Assembly: GCA_029259155.1 (NCBI GenBank)
Contig: JAPDJI010000004.1
Location: 18,339 to 82,338, forward strand
Source: Candidatus Methanomethylicia archaeon
Lineage (GTDB): Archaea; Thermoproteota; Methanomethylicia; Nezhaarchaeales; B40-G2
DNA: 64,000 nucleotides
Reading direction: 5' to 3'
Both the position numbers and the translations under genes were made by a program. Each line of letters opens with the position of its first letter. The stretch's first letter is position 1. This document shows positions 57,570-64,000 of this stretch, piece by piece. The notes under the pieces are model-generated. The model was not told where the DNA came from. It made no database searches and saw only the letters and a program-made list of their open reading frames with translations.

Positions 57570-58670
57570 TTGAAAGTGACTGTGAGCCTTATCAAGGCAG
57601 ATGTAGGTTCCTTAGCCGGTCACCACAGAGTACACGAAGATCAGATGAAGGTTGCCAAGGAAAAATTGGAGGAAGCTAAACGTAAGGGTCTCTTAATTGA
57701 TTACTATGTATTTAATTGCGGCGATGACCTTGAACTCCTCATGACACATACAAAAGGAGTTAACAACCCCGATATCCACGGTCTGGCTTGGGAAACTTTC
57801 AAGGAAGTTACGGCAAAGGTATCTAAACCCCTTAAGCTATATGCCGCTGGCCAGGACCTACTTGTTGAAGCCTTCTCAGGAAACGTTAAGGGAATGGGTC
57901 CTGGCGTAGCTGAGATGGAGATTGAAGAAAGAGTAGCAGAACCCATAGTGGTATTTGCTGCTGATAAGACGGAGCCCGGCGCTTGGAACTTACCATTGTA
58001 TAAGATATTCGCAGACCCCTTTAACACCGCCGGCTTAGTCATAGATCCTTCGCTTCACGGAGGTTTTACCTTTAGGGTTCTAGACATATTAGAGGCTAAA
58101 GTAGTTGATTTGCACTGTCCTGCTGAAGCATACGACCTCCTAGCCCTCATAGGAACTACAGGCAGGTACGTGATTGAACGGGTCTTTAAAACCTCTGATG
58201 GCTTGCTAGCTGCCGTAGCCAGTACTTCAAGGCTCAACTTGATAGCTGGGAGATATGTGGGTAAGGATGACCCAGTGATGATTATTAGGGCTCAACACGG
58301 CTTGCCTGCTCTCGGCGAAGTACTAGCTCCTTTCGCTACCCCACACTTAGTTGCTGGGTGGATGAGAGGTAGTCACTATGGACCCTTGATGCCTGTTAGC
58401 CTGAAGGACGCTAAATGTAGCTACTTTGATGGTCCTCCAAGAGTAGTAGCGTTAGGCTTCCAATTGGCTGAAGGTAAGCTCATAGGCCCCGCTGACCTGT
58501 TCGATGACCCTGCGTTCGACAGGGCTAGGGCTATGGCAGTGGAGATGGCTACTTACATGAGAACTATGGGAGAGTTCATGCCAGCGAGGCTGGGAGCGGA
58601 AGAGATGGAGTACACTACCTTACCTCATGTTCTGGAGAAGTTAAAAGATAGGTTTAAGCCAGCAGAATAG
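57570..58670 (+). CDS. fbp: fructose-1,6-bisphosphate aldolase/phosphatase (class V FBPase)
   Basis: MKVTVSLIKADVGSLAGHHRVHED matches the characteristic N-terminus. 366 aa. A TTG start with an AAGAGGTG RBS. Confidence 0.9.
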   Translation: MKVTVSLIKADVGSLAGHHRVHEDQMKVAKEKLEEAKRKGLLIDYYVFNCGDDLELLMTHTKGVNNPDIHGLAWETFKEVTAKVSKPLKLYAAGQDLLVEAFSGNVKGMGPGVAEMEIEERVAEPIVVFAADKTEPGAWNLPLYKIFADPFNTAGLVIDPSLHGGFTFRVLDILEAKVVDLHCPAEAYDLLALIGTTGRYVIERVFKTSDGLLAAVASTSRLNLIAGRYVGKDDPVMIIRAQHGLPALGEVLAPFATPHLVAGWMRGSHYGPLMPVSLKDAKCSYFDGPPRVVALGFQLAEGKLIGPADLFDDPAFDRARAMAVEMATYMRTMGEFMPARLGAEEMEYTTLPHVLEKLKDRFKPAE

Positions 58671-58685
58671 AGGTTTCTCCCTACC

Positions 58686-59390
<705 letters not shown>

Positions 59391-59454
59391 TCAAATAGCG
59401 TTAGGACAGCTTAAGTATTTAAAGCCTCAGTGTTCACAGGCGTATGTGACCCTT

Positions 59455-60342
59455 ATGGTTAAAGTAGAGCCAATATGTGCTGTCTGCCTGCTCCATAGAG
59501 GTTATGAGGAGGCTGAGCTTTCCACCTCAGATTTAGGCCTAAGGATGAGGGTGATGATAGAGCTCCTGAAAATGGTCAGCGAGAGGTTTTCACCTAATGC
59601 TGTGCCAGCTTGGCTAGGGGCTGAAAGGGATAGACTTATAAGGCGTATTACTGGTTGTCCTGACCCCTACCGTGAGGCTAAGAGGAAGAGTAATGAAGAG
59701 GCCTTAAAACTGCTTCCTAGCGTCAAGAATCTTCTAGCGCCCTTAAAAGATCCCTATGAGAGATTTAGGAAGGCCTGTTTAATAGCAACTGCTGCTAATG
59801 CCTTCGAGTTTGGCATCTTAGGTTATAGCTTCCAGGTCGCGGATGCAGGGTCTTTACTGACCGAGGCTGAACGTAGCCTAGTAATAGATGACACTGAACA
59901 GGTATTCTCGATTCTCAAGGATGGCAAGCGCGTACTATATCTTCTAGACAATGCAGGCGAAGTAGGCTTCGACTTAGTGTTAATAGAGGAACTTAAAGCG
60001 TTAGGTTTGGAAGTTAGGGTGGTAGCTAAAGGCTTCCCGATACTTAATGATGCTCTATTAGAGGATGCCCTCTTCTTCGGCCTTGACAAGGTCGCTGATG
60101 AATTGTTGACCACCGAAAATGATGAAGTGGGCTTCACTCCTGAAAAAGTTCCTTCGTCTCTCCTTGATGCTTACCGCTCATCTCATCTCATTATAGCTAA
60201 AGGTATGGGCAACTATGAAACCCTGACTGAGTACCCGGCTAAACCTTCTATCGTTCACCTCCTTAAAGCAAAGTGTGGACCTATTGCTAGAAGCTTAGGT
60301 GTACCTATAGGTTCATTGGTTGTGAAGTTGAGGAAGGACTAA
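59455..60342 (+). CDS. DUF89 (ARMT1-like damage-control phosphatase) family protein
   Basis: Has an LLDNAGEVGFDLVLI motif. The start is taken at the internal Met to avoid the tpiA overlap. Confidence 0.55.
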   Translation: MVKVEPICAVCLLHRGYEEAELSTSDLGLRMRVMIELLKMVSERFSPNAVPAWLGAERDRLIRRITGCPDPYREAKRKSNEEALKLLPSVKNLLAPLKDPYERFRKACLIATAANAFEFGILGYSFQVADAGSLLTEAERSLVIDDTEQVFSILKDGKRVLYLLDNAGEVGFDLVLIEELKALGLEVRVVAKGFPILNDALLEDALFFGLDKVADELLTTENDEVGFTPEKVPSSLLDAYRSSHLIIAKGMGNYETLTEYPAKPSIVHLLKAKCGPIARSLGVPIGSLVVKLRKD

Positions 60343-60367
60343 ATCTACCTTAAATCATGGATAAGTA

Positions 60368-60443
60368 GGGCCCGTAGCTCAGCTTGGATTAGAGCGGCGG
60401 CCTCCGGAGCCGTAGGTCGGGGGTTCAAGTCCCCCCGGGCCCG
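60368..60443 (+). tRNA. tRNA-Arg (anticodon CCG)
   Basis: GGGCCCG TA GCTC AGCTTGGATTA GAGC G GCGGC CU-CCG-GA GCCGT AGGTC GGGGG TTCAAGT CCCCC CGGGCCC G. Near-identical body to the tRNA-Arg at 16377. Confidence 0.85.
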
Positions 60444-60535
60444 CTTCTTATAATGCGATTGTAAGTAAGCTACTGAAGGGCTCTAAGAGAAGTAGATCCT
60501 GAATAGATGTTTGTAGGAGAGGACGAAGGTCATCG

Positions 60536-62467
60536 CTACATTATATCAACGGGAATTATACCTATCAATTTCATCCCGTTGCAAAGCACAGTTTTAAGCG
60601 TGTACACTAACATGAGCCTGGCCATTCTAACCTCTTCATCTTTTTCATGGATGACGTTTACCTTCTCGTAGTAACTATTGAAAAGTGAGCTTAAGTCGTT
60701 TAAGTAAGTAGCGAGTAGTTCAGGGCGTAGTTCATCGGCTGCCTGTCTTACGATCCTAGGGAAGGAGCAAAGCTTCATTACAATTTCTCGTTCTTGTGGG
60801 TGTCTCAGTTTTGCCGTGTCTACTTCAGAAGGCTTGAAACCGCCTTTCTTAAGGATCCCTAAAGAACGTACATAGGCATAGTTTATGAATGGAAGGCTAT
60901 TTTGCTCAAAGTTGATCACTCGATCCCAGTTAAACATCATAGGCTTCGACGCTGAAACACTCACTAACGCATACCTAACAGCACCTACCCCCAGCTTCTC
61001 GGCTACTCTACGCTTTTCCTCTTCGGAGAGGTTTGGCCAACGCTTGCCCACTTCAATGTACACTCTATTAGCAGCCTCATCCATTATCTGGTCGAGAGTG
61101 ACATAACGGCCTCTCCTACCGGACATTCTATAGCCAGGTAGGTGGACCAGCTCATACGCGTAATGTATATAGTTGTCGGCTAAGTCTCCGTGGCCTAAGG
61201 CATAGAGAGCGATCCTAAGCTGCATCTGCGCTAAACTTTGCTCTGCACCTATGACATTAATCACCTTGTTTGCTCTCTTCAGCTTCCATAGGGCATAGGC
61301 TATATCCCTTGTAGTGTAAAGTGTCGTGCCATCTGCCCTTGTGAGCGTAAGATCGGGTATGACGTGTTCCTCCTTAATTCCAAGTTTTCTCTTGAGGTCT
61401 AGGTTCTTTGCTGTCTCCTCAGCCTTAAACACCAGTGCCTCCATCTCGATAGAGGTGAAAGGTGTCCTGCGAAGTCCATCGAGGATCTCCTCAACAGCAC
61501 CGCTCCATACTGTAAGCTCACTCTCCCAATCCCAAGAATCGAAGCGTATGTTCGCCCTATTCAGTGTCTCCTTAAACCCCTCTAAAGTTAAATTACATAA
61601 CTCTCTAACTGCCTTAACCGCATAGGGCTTTCCTTCCTCATAATCTCGATTTAGCTTAAGTGCCTCGCCCCGTAGGTCGACATCTTTCAAAGAGTCCATG
61701 AGTGCTTCGAAGAGCCTTTCGTCACGCTCCCTTAGCTCTTGCAGCACGCTCATCCATTCACTAAGTTTAGCTCTAGCCTTCGTAGCTTCCTCGTCCTCAC
61801 CTGCGGCCAATGTTTTGAGACGCTGAATCTCCATAAGTGTGTTAGAGATTGAGTAAAGTAAACCCACGAAATGGTCGGGTTTTACTCTGATCTCCACCTT
61901 ATCCTTGACCTTGCTATAGGCAAAGGCTGCTAGCGCCACTTGGAAGCCTACATCATCAACGTAGAAGTGCCTTTCGACCCTATGCCCCCTAGCCTCTAGT
62001 AGTCTAGCTACGGCATCTCCTAGGAAGGAGTTCCTCCCTGTCCCTACGGTTAAAGGATGAACTGGGTTTCCGCTGGTATGCTCAACTATGACTTGAAGCT
62101 TTTCAGAGGCGGGCGTAGATCCGTAATCATCAGGTGCCTCTAAGACTGCTTTAAATAAATCTCTTGCTAACTGAACATGATCGGCTCTAAAGTTCACGTA
62201 GCCAGGTCCTTGAGCAACGACCTCGAGGATAGGGGGGCGAAGAGCCTTTTCGATTTCTGCCGCCAATACTCGGGCTACTTCTATAGGTGGTCTATTCAAC
62301 CTCTTAGCGGCTTCGAAACAGGGATAAGCTAAGTCGCCAAATCTTGGATCTGGTGGGACTTCCAATGATAAGCTTAGCTTGGAAAGCTCTGGAAGTTTAC
62401 GAAGTATAGCTTCTTTTAATGCTTCAAGACATGTAGCTTCGAATACCCCTAGCGGGTCGCTGTACAC
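60536..62467 (-). CDS. argS: arginyl-tRNA synthetase
   Basis: 643 aa class I aaRS. Has a HIGH-like region (SGNPVHPLTVGTGRN) and a C-terminal DALR anticodon-binding domain ending in Met. Confidence 0.8.
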   Translation of the reverse strand: MYSDPLGVFEATCLEALKEAILRKLPELSKLSLSLEVPPDPRFGDLAYPCFEAAKRLNRPPIEVARVLAAEIEKALRPPILEVVAQGPGYVNFRADHVQLARDLFKAVLEAPDDYGSTPASEKLQVIVEHTSGNPVHPLTVGTGRNSFLGDAVARLLEARGHRVERHFYVDDVGFQVALAAFAYSKVKDKVEIRVKPDHFVGLLYSISNTLMEIQRLKTLAAGEDEEATKARAKLSEWMSVLQELRERDERLFEALMDSLKDVDLRGEALKLNRDYEEGKPYAVKAVRELCNLTLEGFKETLNRANIRFDSWDWESELTVWSGAVEEILDGLRRTPFTSIEMEALVFKAEETAKNLDLKRKLGIKEEHVIPDLTLTRADGTTLYTTRDIAYALWKLKRANKVINVIGAEQSLAQMQLRIALYALGHGDLADNYIHYAYELVHLPGYRMSGRRGRYVTLDQIMDEAANRVYIEVGKRWPNLSEEEKRRVAEKLGVGAVRYALVSVSASKPMMFNWDRVINFEQNSLPFINYAYVRSLGILKKGGFKPSEVDTAKLRHPQEREIVMKLCSFPRIVRQAADELRPELLATYLNDLSSLFNSYYEKVNVIHEKDEEVRMARLMLVYTLKTVLCNGMKLIGIIPVDIM

Positions 62468-62785
62468 CTTTTAGACCCCTGGCTTAACCAGTCCACACGT
62501 TCTTAAAATGTTTCAGGTTAAGGTCTTTGGGTAAACGGCCCAATTGGACTTGAACTCACGACTCCTAGCGAGCGCCTCGGCCTCTTTGAGGGCATGAGGC
62601 TGAACACGAAGCACAGCTTTCTGAAGGGTGAGTTTAATACGGTCCTAACGTCAAACGTCAGCGATGCTACGTTTAAGTGGAATAAGGTCGCTGAGGAGCT
62701 AAGCTTCCAGCGATATTGAATATAGGGGGTTTCGGCTTATACCAGCTTCTTAGGAAAGGTGGGGGTTATGGTTCTCTGGCTTCGA

Positions 62786-63838
62786 TCACGCAATTCTCCT
62801 CACAGCTGAGGCTTTGAAGCAAGCTATGAGCCTCGCACCATCCTCGACTCCTAAGTGGTCGACCGAAGACCTAGTGACGTAGGCTTTTAAGTGGAGGCCG
62901 CCAGCCCTGGCCTTGACGAGCATCAGGGGGCCTCGAGGCTCAACCTCTTCCACGATCACCTCGAGCATGTTTCTAGCACTGACATCGTACGCTCCTGGCT
63001 TAAGCAGGACGATATCCTCGGGTCTAAGCGATAGGACCACGAGCTCCCCAAGAGACCCGCCGGCGACGGCCACTACTCTATGGCCTTCCACGTCTACCAC
63101 GAGCTCCCCTCCACCGGCCTCGACCACTCTGCCCCTGTAGATGTTGGTGTCCCCAAGATACCTCGAGGCCTCCATCGACGCCAAGACCTCCCCTACGCTA
63201 CCCTGCTTAACTACTCTTCCTCCCCACATGAACGCGGCCTTAGACGCTAAGGCTGCCACCTCGGCCATGTCATGGGTGACGTGTATCGCCGTAAACTCCA
63301 GCTCCTCGTGGAGCCTCCTTAACAGCCTCCACGCGCCGCTTTTCAAAGCAGGGTCCAGCGCCGCCGTGGGCTCGTCTAGTAGTAGCGCCTTGGGCTCCCA
63401 TACGAGGGCTCGGGCAAGAGCCACTCTCTGTTGCTCGCCGCCGCTTAAGGTCCCAGGCTTCCTGTAGACCAGGTGTTCAATGTCGAACTCAGAGACCACC
63501 CACTTAACCCCCTCCCTGACTTCACGCTCCGATGCCCCCCTACATCTCAGGGGGAACGCTATGTTCTCGTAGACAGTCATGTGGGGCCATAAGGCGTAGC
63601 TCTGCGGCACAAACGCTAACCCCCTCTTCTCGGGTGGCAGCTTGGTCACATCGACACCGTCGACGAAGATTCTCCCTCTATCAGGCCTCCTAAGCCCAGC
63701 AATGCACTCGAGGAGCAGGGTCTTACCTGCGCCACTGGGACCCAACACCACCACGTAGTCCCCACGCTGAGCCTCTAGGTACGCCTCTTCAAGCTTGAAC
63801 TCCCCGAGGTTAAGGTGAAGGTTCTCGACGACTATCAT
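62786..63838 (-). CDS. ABC transporter ATP-binding protein with C-terminal TOBE/MOP-like domain (molybdate/tungstate/sulfate type)
   Basis: Has Walker A GPSGAGKT, a signature LSGGEQQRVALARAL, and Walker B LLLDEP. Its ATG overlaps the upstream permease stop (ATGA). Confidence 0.8.
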   Translation of the reverse strand: MIVVENLHLNLGEFKLEEAYLEAQRGDYVVVLGPSGAGKTLLLECIAGLRRPDRGRIFVDGVDVTKLPPEKRGLAFVPQSYALWPHMTVYENIAFPLRCRGASEREVREGVKWVVSEFDIEHLVYRKPGTLSGGEQQRVALARALVWEPKALLLDEPTAALDPALKSGAWRLLRRLHEELEFTAIHVTHDMAEVAALASKAAFMWGGRVVKQGSVGEVLASMEASRYLGDTNIYRGRVVEAGGGELVVDVEGHRVVAVAGGSLGELVVLSLRPEDIVLLKPGAYDVSARNMLEVIVEEVEPRGPLMLVKARAGGLHLKAYVTRSSVDHLGVEDGARLIACFKASAVRRIA

Positions 63839-64000
63839 CTCCTCCACCTCAACATTCCTCTAAGCACCAGGAAGACCGCCACCGACACGGGGAGAAGGAT
63901 CGCCGTCAACGCCACGGCGTAGGGGAGGCCGTAGGTATTGAACCACTCCACTATCAACACATTTATAGTCTTTGGGTAGTAGGCGATTATGAGCAGTGCT
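63835..64000 (-). CDS. ABC transporter permease, C-terminal fragment (the gene continues beyond the window)
   Basis: The minus-strand frame ends ...YGLPYAVALTAILLPVSVAVFLVLRGMLRWRR* with the stop overlapping the ATPase start. Confidence 0.5.
   Translation of the reverse strand, partial: ALLIIAYYPKTINVLIVEWFNTYGLPYAVALTAILLPVSVAVFLVLRGMLRWRR

Noticed and set aside
62468-62785. 318-bp non-coding gap between argS and the ABC ATPase (possible ncRNA)
   Set aside because: No box C/D or H/ACA features or stable extended hairpins were evident. This is probably divergent promoter space.

Overview
This is an archaeal chromosomal segment from a TACK/Crenarchaeota-like, probably Thermofilum-like, organism. 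The placement rests on an archaeal histone plus Alba, ribosomal proteins L38e and S17e, tRNA genes with canonical and non-canonical introns, an EndA-family subunit, Hjc, FEN1, CDC48, ABCE1, FBP aldolase/phosphatase and A-type ATPase subunits I, C and K. GC content was not computed; by eye it is moderate. Most of the window is densely packed housekeeping genes for translation, tRNA modification and central metabolism. I called six tRNA genes by hand: Lys-CUU with a D-arm intron, Arg-UCG, Tyr-GUA with two introns, Asp-GUC, Val-CAC and Arg-CCG.

The standout is a ten-gene co-directional array at about 42.1-51.2 kb with overlapping stop and start codons throughout. It comprises a divergent TFB paralog, a small helical protein, a VirB11/TadA/FlaI-family secretion ATPase with a long N-terminal extension, two separate roughly 260-aa TadB/TadC-like polytopic membrane proteins, an Flp-like pilin, a DUF87/HerA/VirB4-like ATPase, an XPD/Rad3 Fe-S helicase and a Fap7-like kinase. 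This looks like an undescribed Tad/Ups/Ced-like type IV filament module coupled to DNA-processing enzymes and its own initiation factor.

Other oddities: a SepRS (O-phosphoseryl-tRNA synthetase) gene; a MoaD-like ubiquitin-fold domain fused in-frame to a purine PRTase; a 23-codon MFEEEW(EEEW)n micro-ORF in the ABCE1 leader; two AT-rich islets at tRNA 3' ends, one carrying a secreted matrixin-type metalloprotease and the other decayed ORFs; an EndA-like subunit lacking the catalytic His; and a Fap7-like kinase with no canonical start codon.
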